From positions 5,825,697 through 5,889,696 of the forward strand of contig JBLWFJ010000001.1 in the NCBI GenBank assembly GCA_048320885.1: a stretch of DNA of 64,000 nt. Direction: 5' to 3'. Below are positions 1 to 9,791 of the stretch, one piece after another. How positions within the stretch are numbered: position 1 is the first letter of the stretch; each line of letters opens with the position of its first letter. The stretch is from Nannocystaceae bacterium ST9. Lineage in GTDB: Bacteria > Myxococcota_A > Polyangia > Nannocystales > Nannocystaceae. Both the position numbers and the translations under genes were made by a program. A model generated the notes under the pieces. That model ran no database searches and was not told the origin of the DNA. It saw nothing but the letters and a program-made list of their open reading frames with translations.

Positions 1-1794
1 GAACTCCTCGAGCGCGAACCCGACCGGGTCGAGGCGCGCGTGACAGCCCGAGCAGGCCGGGTCGGACGAGTGCGCGGCCCAGCGCTCGCGCGTGGTCAAG
101 CTGGGATCGAGCGCGGGCGGGGTGACGTCGACGTTGCCGGGCGGGCTGGCCAGCGTGCCGCAGAGCAGCTCGCGGATCACGAACGCGCCGCGGTACACGG
201 GCGAGGTCTGCGAGAACTTCGAGGTCACCGTCAGCACGCCGGGCAAGGTCAGCAGGCCGAGCCGCTCGGGCGGCAGCTCGACGCGGACCAGCTCGTCGCC
301 GGCGACCTCGAGCCCGTAGAGCGCGGCCCCGGTCGCGTCGACCCAGGTGTGGTCGGCCGCGTAGAGGTCGGCGATCGTCGCGTCCTCGTTCCAGGTCAGC
401 TCGGCGAGGAAGCGATCGGCCTCGCGCAGCATCGCGCCGGGCATGGTCGCGGCCACGTAGTCGGGATAGACCGCGGGGTCGCGGGCCAGGCTGACCAACT
501 GTTCGAGCTCGAGCCACTGGCGATAGAAGCGGGCGACCGTCTCGCGTCCGCAGGGCTCGTCGAGCAGGCGCAGGGCCTGGGCGCGGACCTGCTCGGGCGT
601 GTTCAGCTCGCCGGCCGCGGCCGCGCTGCGCAGCTCGGCGTCGGGCGGCTGCTCGCACAGCGAGTACGAGAGCCGGGTGGCCAGCTCCCAGTCGTCGAGC
701 CGATACCAACCCGGTCGAGCGTCGTCGGGCGTGCCGACCTCGACCAGATAGAGGAAGTGCGGGCTGCCGAGCATGGCCTCGAAGAGCATGCGGCTGGCGT
801 CGTGGAAGCTCCCGTCGGCCACGCCCATGTCGTAGACCACGAGCAGGCGATCGTGCTCGTCGGCGGTCAGCGGTCGGCGATAGGCGAGCGGGCCGAACTC
901 GTCGATCAGCGCCTGCGCGCAGGCTCGCCGCTCGGCGGGCGCGTCGACCTCGTCGAGCGGGCCATCGATGGTCAGATCGAACACGTGGATGACCTCGTTG
1001 TTCGACGAGAACTGGAAGCGCAGATCGTGGCCGCCGGCCGCGAAGGTCTGGGTGGTCGTCAGCTCGATCGGGGCCTGGCCGTCGTCGGCGACCGGCCAGC
1101 TGGCGATCTCGACCATGTCGGAGAGCACGCTGATCGTCATCGCCTCGGCGGTCTGGATGCGCAGGGTCAGCGTGTAGCGGCCCTCGGCCGGGACTTCGAA
1201 CAAGTGCGAGACGGCGCCCTCGTCGGGGCTGGCGTAGAGCAGGTAGACCGCGTCCTCGGCCAGCGGATCGCCGATGTTGCAGTTGAGCGGGCAGGCGGCC
1301 CAGTCGGGCTCGGCCAGCAGCGCGACGCCGGCCACCCGCGTGTGGGTCTCGGCGATCGCGGGCGGGAGCAGGTCGTCGCTGCACGCGGCCGCGAGCTCGT
1401 CGAGTCGCTGCTCGGCCAGCAGGGCCTCGTGGATGTCGTCGGCCACGGCCGCGAGCGCGTCGAGGTGAACCGGGCTGATCGTCTGCGCCGCGGCCATGCG
1501 ATCGAACACGAAGGTCCGCTGATCGGGCGGCAGCTGATCGAGCGCCGCGGGCCGGACCCCCGTCAGCGAGTCGAGCGCGTTGCCGAGCTCATGGTTGGAC
1601 ATCCGGCGCACCCGCGGCTGGCTGGCGTCGGGCAGCTCGCCGCCGTCCGTGCCGTCGGTGCCGGTCGCGTCGTCGCTGCCCTCGTCCGCTTCGTCGGCGC
1701 CGGCCTCTTCGCCGCCCGACTTGCAGGCGCTCGTGCTCAGCAGGATCGCCAGCGCGGTCAGGCGCAGCGCAGACTCGTGGTTTGGTGAGCTCAT
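1..1794 (-). CDS. DUF1592/DUF1588-family secreted lipoprotein (Planctomycete/Myxobacterial cytochrome-like family). N-terminus at 1794; C-terminus runs off the window start (partial).
   Basis: Minus-strand reading from ATG (comp 1792-1794) gives MSSPNHESALRLTALAILLSTSAC (lipobox), then ...FYRQWLELEQL..., SPVYRGAFVIRELLCG and CSGCHARLDPVGFALE, which are typical DUF1588/DUF1585 signatures. It is absent from the ORF track, presumably because it is edge-truncated. The track ORF 40..1788(+) is its antisense artefact. Confidence 0.7.
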   Translation of the reverse strand, partial: MSSPNHESALRLTALAILLSTSACKSGGEEAGADEADEGSDDATGTDGTDGGELPDASQPRVRRMSNHELGNALDSLTGVRPAALDQLPPDQRTFVFDRMAAAQTISPVHLDALAAVADDIHEALLAEQRLDELAAACSDDLLPPAIAETHTRVAGVALLAEPDWAACPLNCNIGDPLAEDAVYLLYASPDEGAVSHLFEVPAEGRYTLTLRIQTAEAMTISVLSDMVEIASWPVADDGQAPIELTTTQTFAAGGHDLRFQFSSNNEVIHVFDLTIDGPLDEVDAPAERRACAQALIDEFGPLAYRRPLTADEHDRLLVVYDMGVADGSFHDASRMLFEAMLGSPHFLYLVEVGTPDDARPGWYRLDDWELATRLSYSLCEQPPDAELRSAAAAGELNTPEQVRAQALRLLDEPCGRETVARFYRQWLELEQLVSLARDPAVYPDYVAATMPGAMLREADRFLAELTWNEDATIADLYAADHTWVDATGAALYGLEVAGDELVRVELPPERLGLLTLPGVLTVTSKFSQTSPVYRGAFVIRELLCGTLASPPGNVDVTPPALDPSLTTRERWAAHSSDPACSGCHARLDPVGFALEEF

Positions 1795-1860
1795 GGTCGA
1801 ATCCGGATCAAAAATCCGGCGGGGTGGACGGAGCCGTCGCCCGTACGATCCGCGTCTGCT

Positions 1861-2271
1861 ATGGTCTCGCCGCCCATGAGCACGGAGCGTGTCCACCCTT
1901 ACGTCGAACTCGATGACCCCGAGCGGGTCGAGCGGCTGATGAGCAGCGAAGGTGGGGCCGCGGTGATCGACTTCTGGTCGCCGACCTGCGGGCCCTGCCT
2001 GGCGATGGCCCGCGACTTCGAGCACGTCGCCGGCCAGTTCGATCCCGAGGAGGTCGCGTTCTACAAGGTCGACACCTCGACCCAGGGCCACCTCGCGGCG
2101 CCCTTTCGGATCATGTCGGTGCCGACGATCCTGTTCGTGCTCGACGGTCAGGTGCTCGACGCGGTGGTCGGCAAGATGGACGCGCGCCGGCTCGGCGAGC
2201 GGGCCGAGTGGTTGCTGACCAAGAAGCAGCGCCGGGCCAAGGGCGGGCTGATCGCTCGGCTCTTCGGCTGA
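1861..2271 (+). CDS. trxA: Thioredoxin
   Basis: WSPTCGPC active-site motif; ~136 aa thioredoxin fold length. An alternative start MSTERV lies at 1876. Confidence 0.85.
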   Translation: MVSPPMSTERVHPYVELDDPERVERLMSSEGGAAVIDFWSPTCGPCLAMARDFEHVAGQFDPEEVAFYKVDTSTQGHLAAPFRIMSVPTILFVLDGQVLDAVVGKMDARRLGERAEWLLTKKQRRAKGGLIARLFG

Positions 2272-2278
2272 ATGCCGA

Positions 2279-2902
2279 TCAGGCCGGCTTGGCGCGCCAG
2301 GCGATGTCGATCACGCACAGCCGCGTCCGATCGTCGGCGATCAGAAATTCGGCCTCGACGTCGAGCCAGACGCACGCGCCCTCGATCGCGCCGAGGAAGG
2401 TGGTCTCGACGATCTCCGAGGGGTAGTCGGTGAAGTGATAGCGGACGTGCTGGCCCGGGAGCTGCTCGGCCACGACCCCACCGAAGCTGTCGCAGACCCG
2501 CCAGCCATTGGGGCCCATCAGCAAGACCCGCGCGAAGTTGCGGCCGAGCGTGCCGAACAGCATCCGCCCGACCAGCGTCTCGCCGAGCGCCCCGTACATC
2601 CCGCGACCGACCTCGCGCAGGCCCTCACAGACGCAGTCGGGTCGAAGCAGGCGGGCGACGAACACGATCACGCGCAGGTAGGTCGACCAGGGGATGTTCT
2701 GCAGCAGGCCGGGCCGCTCGGTCGGGACCCCGGCGCCCGCGAGCACCAGCTCGTCGGTCCACTCGTCGAGATCGGGCCTTCGGCGCAGGCGATCGAGCGC
2801 GCCCTTGATGGTCAGCCCCTTGGTCGTCGCGTTCGCCGGTACGCGGGCGAGGATCGCTGGGATGTCGATCTCGCGATCGATCCGGGGGGCGGCGAACTCC
2901 AC
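2279..2902 (-). CDS. Myxococcales paralogous-family protein (TIGR02265/DUF2378-like), paralog 1
   Basis: C-terminal ~205 aa of track ORF 2279..3124(-), ...PWSTYLRVIVFVARLL...GETLVGRMLFGTLGRNFARVLLMGPNGWRVCDSFG...HFTDYPSEIVETTFLGAIEGACVWLDVEAEF. It is ~60% identical to the ORF at 3852..4481. The N-terminal part of the track ORF is low-complexity junk overlapping the real + strand FGE gene. Start assigned to an in-frame GTG (VEFAAPRIDREIDIP), uncertain by about +/-60 nt. Confidence 0.55.
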   Translation of the reverse strand: MEFAAPRIDREIDIPAILARVPANATTKGLTIKGALDRLRRRPDLDEWTDELVLAGAGVPTERPGLLQNIPWSTYLRVIVFVARLLRPDCVCEGLREVGRGMYGALGETLVGRMLFGTLGRNFARVLLMGPNGWRVCDSFGGVVAEQLPGQHVRYHFTDYPSEIVETTFLGAIEGACVWLDVEAEFLIADDRTRLCVIDIAWRAKPA

Positions 2903-2976
2903 CCGGGCAGCGTCCCACCGCGAGTGCTTGGCCGCAACCGGCCTCGCAGGTGGTGCGGGTGGTGTACGATGCGACG

Positions 2977-3843
2977 ATGGCGTCGGCTCGGCGGCCCTGG
3001 TCGTTCGCGTGTGTCGTCGCGTGCTCGTGTGGTGCAGAACCACCGGACTCCACCGAGTGCGACGAGCAAACCGAGATCTGCGTCGAGATCGTCGATGGCA
3101 TGGCCCACGTCCCCGCGGGGCCATTCTGGATGGGGTGCCGGCCAGGGCTCGACTCGTCGCCGGTCGAGGTCGACTGTGAAGGCGACCTGTTGTTGGCGAC
3201 CCCTTTTCGGCAGGTCGATTTGTCCGGCTACTGGATCGACGTCGTCGAGGTCAGCCATGGTGAGTTCGCCAAGTGTCTCGCCGCCGGTGCCTGTGCTCCT
3301 CCGCTCGACGACGACTGGGTGGAGCGACCCCGCGATTGGCCGGTCATGCTCGTCAATTGGACGCATGCCCAGGCGTACTGCGAATGGAAAGGCAAGCGAC
3401 TGCCGACCGAAGCCGAATGGGAGAAGGCGGCTCGCGGCATCGACGGGCGTCGCTATCCATGGGGAGATCGGCACCCCGATTGCGATCTCGCGGTGTTCAA
3501 CATCTCCGACGCCGAGTTTGCGACGGGTGCTTGCCCCGAGATTCCTGGACCGCAGCCGGTCGGCAGTCGGCCAGCAGGTGCGTCGCCCTACGGTGTGCTC
3601 GACATGGCCGGGAACGCGTCCGAGTGGGTCGCCGATTGGTACGCGCCGGGCTACGCCGATCGACCCGCCCGCGATCCGCTCGGACCGAGCCGCGGAACCG
3701 AGAAGGTAATTCGAGGTGGCAACTACGGCTCGTGGGTGGCGAGCGCCGGCGGGTACTCGTTGCGCACGTCGATTCGCAAGGCGAGCTCCCCGACCAGCAC
3801 CACCGTGTTCGCGGACGGATTTCGCTGCGCCAAGGACGAGTGA
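2977..3843 (+). CDS. Formylglycine-generating enzyme (SUMF1/FGE-sulfatase domain) family lipoprotein
   Basis: MASARRPWSFACVVACSCG lipoprotein signal; FGE-family C-terminal region ...WEKAARGIDGRRYPWGD...VIRGGNYGSWVASAGGYSLRTSIRKASSPTSTTVFADGFRCAKDE. An alternative start lies at 2950. Confidence 0.75.
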   Translation: MASARRPWSFACVVACSCGAEPPDSTECDEQTEICVEIVDGMAHVPAGPFWMGCRPGLDSSPVEVDCEGDLLLATPFRQVDLSGYWIDVVEVSHGEFAKCLAAGACAPPLDDDWVERPRDWPVMLVNWTHAQAYCEWKGKRLPTEAEWEKAARGIDGRRYPWGDRHPDCDLAVFNISDAEFATGACPEIPGPQPVGSRPAGASPYGVLDMAGNASEWVADWYAPGYADRPARDPLGPSRGTEKVIRGGNYGSWVASAGGYSLRTSIRKASSPTSTTVFADGFRCAKDE

Positions 3844-3851
3844 GCTGCGGC

Positions 3852-4481
3852 TCACCTCGGGCTGCGCCAGGTCAGGTCGATCACCGTTCGGCGAGCTCCG
3901 GCGCACCCGATCGCGAACTCGGCCTCGACCTCGAGCCAGGTGCACACGCCCTCGAGCGTGCCGACGTAGGCGGTCTCGACGATCTCGGTCGGATAGTCGA
4001 CGAAGTGAAAGCGGACCTGTCGGGCAGACAGCGGCTCGGCCTCGACGGCTCCGAAGTTGTCGCAGATCCGCCAGGCGTTGGGCGCCATCAGCAGGACTCG
4101 CGCGAAGTTGCGGCCGAGCGTGCCGAAGAGCATTCGGCCGACCAGCGTCTCGCCGAACGCCGAGGGCACGGCTCGACCGATCTCGCGCAGGCCTCGACAG
4201 GTGCACTCGGGGTCGAGCAGGCGAGCCACGAACACGCTCACGCGCAGGTAGGTCGACCAGGGCACGGCCTGCAGCGCCGCCGGGCGTGGATGCCCGGCGC
4301 CGACGCGGGCCCACACGCGCTCGTCGGTCCACTCGGCGAGGTCCGGTCGCGCGCGGAGTCGGTCGAGCGCCGCGCTGATCGCCAGGCCTTTGGTCGCCGC
4401 GTGGGCGGGCAGGCGAGCCAAGATCGCGTCGACGTCGATCGAATGATCGAGGCGGGGCGCCGCGAACTCGAGGGGCTCCAC
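3852..4481 (-). CDS. Myxococcales paralogous-family protein (TIGR02265/DUF2378-like), paralog 2
   Basis: C-terminal part of track ORF 3852..6800(-) (...WDAGRVEPLEFAAPRLDHSIDVDAILARLP...PWSTYLRVSVFVARLL...HFVDYPTEIVETAYVGTLEGVCTWLEVEAEF). The rest of that 982-aa ORF is antisense to the S9 peptidase gene. Alternative in-frame GTG starts at 4523, 4532 and 4556. Confidence 0.55.
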   Translation of the reverse strand: MEPLEFAAPRLDHSIDVDAILARLPAHAATKGLAISAALDRLRARPDLAEWTDERVWARVGAGHPRPAALQAVPWSTYLRVSVFVARLLDPECTCRGLREIGRAVPSAFGETLVGRMLFGTLGRNFARVLLMAPNAWRICDNFGAVEAEPLSARQVRFHFVDYPTEIVETAYVGTLEGVCTWLEVEAEFAIGCAGARRTVIDLTWRSPR

Positions 4482-4598
4482 GCGGCCAGCGTCCCATCCC
4501 TGGTCCGGCGCCGCAACCGACACGACGCCCACGCGCCCGCGCGAGCCGAACTTCACGCGAGCGACCCGGCGATCGGCGAGGCTGCTACCCTGGGCGCG

Positions 4599-7205
4599 AT
4601 GTCGCGTCGATCGTCGATCGGGTCGTGGATGTGTCCGCTGGTGCTGGTGCTCGCGTGCGGCCCGACCGAGCTGCCCGCGGAGTGCGAGGGGTCTGGCCCC
4701 ACGCCGAGCCCCACGCCGAACGAGAAGCTCGAGCCGAAGCGCGGCGAGGTCGTCGAGATCGATCCTGGGCTGCGTTATCGGACGCCGCCGGACGACGTGG
4801 TCGCGATCGTCGACGCGCCCCCGACCCCGCGCGTGAGCGTGGCCCCGGGCGGCCGCACGCTCGCGCTCTCGAACTACCCCGCGCAGCCCGAGCTCGCCCT
4901 GCTCGCCGCGCCGATGCTCGGGTTGGCCGGGCAGCGGATCAACCCGAACACCAACGAGGCTCGCCGGACTCGCTTCTATTCCGACATCACGCTGACCGAC
5001 GTGGCCAGCGGCGAGACTCGGCCGGTCGAGGGGCTGCCGGCCGCGCCGAGGCTCTCGGGCATCGACTGGTCGCCCGACGGCAATCAGCTCGCGTTCACCC
5101 ACACGAGCGAAGATCGAGTCGAGCTGTGGACCGCCGACGTGGCCAGCGCGAGGGCGCGGCGGCTGGTCGAGCGTCCGATCGATGCGACCTACACCGGCTT
5201 CATCTGGCTCTCGGGCAGCGAGCGATTGCTCGTCCACCTGGTCCCGGCCCATCGCGGCGAGCCGCCGCACGAGCCCGAGGTCGCCGGGGGTCCGCTCGTC
5301 GAGGTCACGTCGGGGACCGAGGCGACCAACCGGACCTGGCAGGACCTGCTGCGGACGCCGCTCGACGAGGCCCGCTTTCGCCACTACTTCACCCACGAGC
5401 TGGCGATCGTCGATCGCGGCGACGGCAGCACGCGCGTGCTCGCGGCGGCCGGCCAGGGCAAGGGCATCTTCACCTCGGCGAGCAGCTCGCCCGACGGGCG
5501 CTGGTTGCTGGTCGAGCGCGTGACCGAGCCCTTCTCGCGGGCCGTGCCGCTCTCGCAGTTCGGCCATCGCGTCGAGCTGTGGTCGCTGAGCGAGCCCGAC
5601 GCGGCGCCGATCGTGCTCGCCGAGCTGCCCGCGGCCGAGACCGTGCCGATCGAGGGTGTGCCGGTCGGGCCGCGCGAGGTCGTCTGGCAGCCGCTCGAGC
5701 CGGCCACGCTGACCTGGGCCGAGGCGCTCGACGGCGGCGACCCTCGCAAGCCGATCGATCACCGCGATCGCCTGATGCGGATGGTCGTCGACACCCCGAG
5801 CTCGACGACCACGCTCGCGGCCGGCCAGGAATTCGCCCGCACCCAGCACCGCTACACCAGCGTCGAGTGGCTCGAGCTGCCCGGTCGCTACCTGCTGCGC
5901 GAGTACGATCGCGATCGTCGGTGGACGACCGTCCACCTGCGCGACCTCGCCGATCCCAAGGCCGATCGCGTGGTCTTCGATCGCTCGATCCACGACGTCT
6001 ACTCGCACCCGGGCACGCCGGTCTGGCGCACGCTGCCCGACGACAGCATGGTGATCCGAGTCGATGGCGAGGGCGCCGACGCGGCGATCCATCTGTGGGG
6101 ATCCGGGGCCACGCCCAAGGGCGACCGGCCCTTCCTCGATCGGCTCGCGCTGGCCGAGGGAGCCAAGCCCGAGCGCCGCTTCGTCGCGCCCGATCCCGCC
6201 AGCGAGCACGCGTGGGCCGAGTTCACCGCGTTCACCTCGAATCCCGATCAGATCATCGTGCGGCGCGAGGGCGCCGACGATCCGACCGACTGGTTCGTGG
6301 TCACGCTCGGCTCGGGCGAGCTCGGCCGGCCGCTGACTCGGCTGCCGCATCCGCACCCGCAGCTCTCGGGCATCGACAAGCGGCTGCTGACCTACACCCG
6401 CAGCGACGGCGTGCCGCTCTCGGCCACGCTCTTCTTGCCGCCCGGCTACGACGCCGACGCCCCCGATCGCGCCAAGCTGCCGATGATCGTCTGGGCCTAC
6501 CCGCGCGAGTACGTCGACAAGGGCACGGCCGGCCAGGTCCGCGCCGCGCCGACCCGCTTCGATCGGGTCGACAGCACGCCGCTGCTCTTCGTCACCCAGG
6601 GCTACGCCGTGCTGATGGACGCCGCGATGCCGGTCGTCGGCGACCCCGAGACCATGAACGACACGCTGCTCGGGCAATTGGTCGACGCCGCCGCTGCGGC
6701 GATCGACGCGGTCGACCAGCTCGGGGTCGTCGATCGCGATCGGGTCGGGATCGCCGGGCATAGCTACGGCGCGTTCATGACCGCCAACCTGCTCGCCCAC
6801 AGCGATCTGTTTCGGGCCGGCATCGCCCGCTCGGGCGCCTACAACCGCACGCTCACGCCCTTCGGGTTCCAGAGCGAGCGCCGAACCCTGTGGGAGGCGC
6901 CCGACACCTACTCGAAGGTCTCACCGCTCTACGCCGCCGATCGGATCGACGAGCCGATCCTGCTGATCCACGGCGAGATCGACGACAATCCGGGGACCTT
7001 CCCGCTCCAGACCGAGCGCTTGTTCCACGCGCTCAAGGGCGTCGGCGGGACCGCCCGGATGGTGATCCTGCCGCACGAGTCTCACGGCTATCAGGGCCGC
7101 GAGTCGAACCTGCACGTGATGTGGGAGGAGTTCGCGTGGTTCGACGCCCACGTGAAGAACGCGGGACCGCGGGCGGCGAAGCCTAGCCCGGCATCATCGC
7201 CTTGA
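4599..7205 (+). CDS. S9-family serine peptidase (prolyl oligopeptidase/dipeptidyl aminopeptidase-like) lipoprotein with N-terminal beta-propeller
   Basis: MSRRSSIGSWMCPLVLVLACG lipoprotein signal (ATG 4599, in frame with track ORF 3273..7205 whose upstream part is junk). C-terminal alpha/beta hydrolase with GIAGHSYGAF (GxSxG nucleophile) and ...IHGEIDDNPG...HESHGY. Confidence 0.8.
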   Translation: MSRRSSIGSWMCPLVLVLACGPTELPAECEGSGPTPSPTPNEKLEPKRGEVVEIDPGLRYRTPPDDVVAIVDAPPTPRVSVAPGGRTLALSNYPAQPELALLAAPMLGLAGQRINPNTNEARRTRFYSDITLTDVASGETRPVEGLPAAPRLSGIDWSPDGNQLAFTHTSEDRVELWTADVASARARRLVERPIDATYTGFIWLSGSERLLVHLVPAHRGEPPHEPEVAGGPLVEVTSGTEATNRTWQDLLRTPLDEARFRHYFTHELAIVDRGDGSTRVLAAAGQGKGIFTSASSSPDGRWLLVERVTEPFSRAVPLSQFGHRVELWSLSEPDAAPIVLAELPAAETVPIEGVPVGPREVVWQPLEPATLTWAEALDGGDPRKPIDHRDRLMRMVVDTPSSTTTLAAGQEFARTQHRYTSVEWLELPGRYLLREYDRDRRWTTVHLRDLADPKADRVVFDRSIHDVYSHPGTPVWRTLPDDSMVIRVDGEGADAAIHLWGSGATPKGDRPFLDRLALAEGAKPERRFVAPDPASEHAWAEFTAFTSNPDQIIVRREGADDPTDWFVVTLGSGELGRPLTRLPHPHPQLSGIDKRLLTYTRSDGVPLSATLFLPPGYDADAPDRAKLPMIVWAYPREYVDKGTAGQVRAAPTRFDRVDSTPLLFVTQGYAVLMDAAMPVVGDPETMNDTLLGQLVDAAAAAIDAVDQLGVVDRDRVGIAGHSYGAFMTANLLAHSDLFRAGIARSGAYNRTLTPFGFQSERRTLWEAPDTYSKVSPLYAADRIDEPILLIHGEIDDNPGTFPLQTERLFHALKGVGGTARMVILPHESHGYQGRESNLHVMWEEFAWFDAHVKNAGPRAAKPSPASSP

Positions 7206-8109
7206 GCCGGGCGACCTCGTCGGGGTTGTTGATGTCGACCACCGGCGTGTTGTCGTACTGCTCGTAGTACACGGTCGACTCGACCCCCTCGGCCACGCCG
7301 AGCGCCTTGCGGATGCGCGGGAAGAAGGGGATGAAGCCGCGGCACAAGAGCCGCTCGACGGTCATGGCGATCGTCCCGACCAGGCCGCAGATGTAGATCA
7401 CGGCGCGATCGGGGCGGAGCTCGCCGGGGGTCAGGCCCATCGCGCGCTCGGTGTCCTCGAGCCGCTCGGGCTTGAAGAAGTCTTCGACCCGGCCGGTCGC
7501 GCCCTTCCAGTCGGGGGCGGTCTGTGGGCGGCTGATCGTCGGCAGGTAGCGCAGGCCGTGCTCGAGCGCGAGCTGTTCGAGCCGGGCCTTGTAGCCGAGC
7601 TCGCTCGGGTAGCTCGAGCCGTGTAGCAGCGCGTAGTTGTCGAGCCGGGCGTTGGGGTTGGCGGCCAGCTCGGCCTCGACCATCGAGGTGAAGGGCGCGA
7701 GCCCGGTGCCGGCCGCGACCAGCACGCGTAGGCGCTTGTCGTCGGCGCCGATCGTGTCGTCGACGTTGAACTTGCCGACCGCGCGGATCGACATGCTCAT
7801 GCGATCGCCCGGCTTCATCTTCCACAGCAGGTGGGTCAGCGGGTTCTCGCTCTCGGGCTCGTTGACGTAGCGGATGTAGAAGTCGATGGTCTCGCGCTGC
7901 TGCGGCGGCGAGGCGATCGACATCGCCCGGCGGACCGAGCCGAGCTCGGGCACGGCCTCGTTGTTGAGCCCGAGCGTGAGGTACTGGCCGGGGATGAACC
8001 AGCGACCGGACGGGATCGGCTCGTCGGGCGCCACCTTGAACACGGCGAGCACGTCGGTGAGATCGTCGCGAGCTTGCAAGGTGGCGTTGTAGTCGAGCTT
8101 CTTGGCCAT
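7183..8109 (-). CDS. fpr: Ferredoxin-NADP+ reductase (FNR-type flavoprotein)
   Basis: Start MAKKLDYNATLQARDDL at 8109 (internal to track ORF 7183..8277). FAD/NAD binding-domain signatures ...RAMSIASPP... and VLVAAGTGLAPFTSM. The 3' end overlaps the convergent S9 peptidase gene by 23 nt. Confidence 0.75.
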   Translation of the reverse strand: MAKKLDYNATLQARDDLTDVLAVFKVAPDEPIPSGRWFIPGQYLTLGLNNEAVPELGSVRRAMSIASPPQQRETIDFYIRYVNEPESENPLTHLLWKMKPGDRMSMSIRAVGKFNVDDTIGADDKRLRVLVAAGTGLAPFTSMVEAELAANPNARLDNYALLHGSSYPSELGYKARLEQLALEHGLRYLPTISRPQTAPDWKGATGRVEDFFKPERLEDTERAMGLTPGELRPDRAVIYICGLVGTIAMTVERLLCRGFIPFFPRIRKALGVAEGVESTVYYEQYDNTPVVDINNPDEVARLKAMMPG

Positions 8110-8173
8110 CGGTGCGCGAGCATACGCGTGAACGGCGGTGCGGTGAACCAGAAAATCGGGCCCGTGAACGGCC

Positions 8174-9733
8174 ATGGATCGCCAGCAGCCGGCCGAACGC
8201 TGGCGATCGGGGGCAGCGGAGATCAGCCTCGATCGCATGGTCGAGGTCGTCCCCAAGCTCCGGGTCCGCGCGGTCAACCGAGCGGCGATCGTCGCGAGCG
8301 GGGCCTACGTGATCTACTGGATGATCGCCCAGCGACGTACGCGTTGGAACTTCGCGCTCCAGCACGCGGCGTGGCAGGCCGAGCGACTCGGCAAGCCCTT
8401 GCTGGTGTTCGAGCCGCTGCGGATCGGCCACCGCTGGGCCAACGATCGCCTGCATCGCTTCGTGCTCGACGGCATGCAGGACAACGCGGCGCGACTGGCC
8501 GCGGCGGGCGTCCGCTACCTGGCGTGGATCGAGCGAGCGCCCGGCGAGGGTCGAGGCTTGCTCGCCCACCTGGCCGCGCGCGCGTGCCTGGTCGTGACCG
8601 ACGAGTACCCGACCTACTTTCTGCCCAAGATGATCGAGCGGGCCGGCGAGGCGCTGCCGGTTCGGCTCGAGGCGGTCGACGCCAATGGGATCCTGCCCTT
8701 GCAGTGCTCCGAGGCCGCGTTCACGCGCGCCCACGACTTTCGCCGGTTCTTCCAGAAGATCGCCGCGCCGCACCTCGAGGCCCTGCCGATGGCCGATCCG
8801 CTCGCCGGGCTCGCGCTGCCTGTGCTCGCGCGGATGCCCGCCGGTCTGCGCGAGGGCTGGGCGTCGCTCTCGACCCGCGAGCTCGCCGACTCGAACCTGC
8901 AAGCGAAGCTGCCGATCGATCACGAGGTCGGCCCGGCCCCGCTGCGGGGTGGCTCGCTCGCCGGCGAGCGCCGGTTGATCGAGTTTCTCGACGCTCGCCT
9001 CGATCGCTACGCCGAAGGCCGCAACCACCCCGACGACGAAGTCGCGAGCGGGCTCTCGCCCTGGCTGCACTTCGGCCACGTCGGCGTGCACGAGCTGGTC
9101 GCCCGCGTGTTCGCCCGCGAGGGTTGGGACGCGAGCCGGCTGGGCGACGCCAAGGCGCTGCGCGGATCGAGGCAGGGCTTCTGGGGGCTGAGCGCGGGCG
9201 CGGAGGGCTTCCTCGATCAAGCGGTGATCTGGCGCGAGCTCGGGCACCACGACTGCTGGCATCGCCCCGATCACGCGGACTACGACTCGCTGCCGGCCTG
9301 GTCGCGCGCGAGCTTGGCCGCGCACGCCGGCGATCCGCGGCGCTGGGTGTACACGCGCGAGCAACTCGAGCGCGCGCAGACCCACGACGCGATCTGGAAC
9401 GCGGCCCAGCGTCAGCTCGTGGCCGAGGGCCGGATCCACAACTACCTGCGCATGCTCTGGGGCAAGAAGATCCTCGAGTGGAGCGCGAGCCCCCGCGAGG
9501 CGTTCACGACGATGATCGAGCTCAACGATCGCTGGGCGCTCGACGGCCGCGATCCCAACTCGTACAGCGGGATCGGCTGGGTGCTCGGCCGCTACGATCG
9601 CCCCTGGGGGCCCGAGCGGCCGATCTACGGGACGGTCCGCTACATGAGCTCGGACAACACCCGCAAGAAGCTCGAGCTCGACGGCTACATGGCCCGCTGG
9701 GGCGCGGGCGGCCAGGCCTCGCTGGCGCTCTGA
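8174..9733 (+). CDS. phr: Class II cyclobutane pyrimidine dimer photolyase
   Basis: C-terminal FAD-binding region ...IHNYLRMLWGKKILEWS...NSYSGIGWVLGRYDRPWGPERPIYGTVRYMS is characteristic of class II CPD photolyases. An alternative start MVEVVPK lies at 8240. Confidence 0.75.
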   Translation: MDRQQPAERWRSGAAEISLDRMVEVVPKLRVRAVNRAAIVASGAYVIYWMIAQRRTRWNFALQHAAWQAERLGKPLLVFEPLRIGHRWANDRLHRFVLDGMQDNAARLAAAGVRYLAWIERAPGEGRGLLAHLAARACLVVTDEYPTYFLPKMIERAGEALPVRLEAVDANGILPLQCSEAAFTRAHDFRRFFQKIAAPHLEALPMADPLAGLALPVLARMPAGLREGWASLSTRELADSNLQAKLPIDHEVGPAPLRGGSLAGERRLIEFLDARLDRYAEGRNHPDDEVASGLSPWLHFGHVGVHELVARVFAREGWDASRLGDAKALRGSRQGFWGLSAGAEGFLDQAVIWRELGHHDCWHRPDHADYDSLPAWSRASLAAHAGDPRRWVYTREQLERAQTHDAIWNAAQRQLVAEGRIHNYLRMLWGKKILEWSASPREAFTTMIELNDRWALDGRDPNSYSGIGWVLGRYDRPWGPERPIYGTVRYMSSDNTRKKLELDGYMARWGAGGQASLAL

Positions 9734-9791
9734 AAAACCAGAAGGCCCCACGCGGACTCGCGCGGGGCCTTCGTGTCGAATCGACCGAAGC

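Noticed and set aside
40-1788. 582-aa + strand ORF at the window start
   Set aside because: Arg/Gly/Ala-rich, no motifs. It is exactly antisense to a well-supported minus-strand DUF1592/DUF1588 lipoprotein gene, a typical high-GC shadow ORF.
3273-7205. 1310-aa ORF, apparently one giant protein
   Set aside because: Only the last ~870 aa (from ATG 4599, with a lipoprotein signal) form a coherent S9 peptidase. The upstream 440 aa are low-complexity read-through across the real minus-strand paralog gene.
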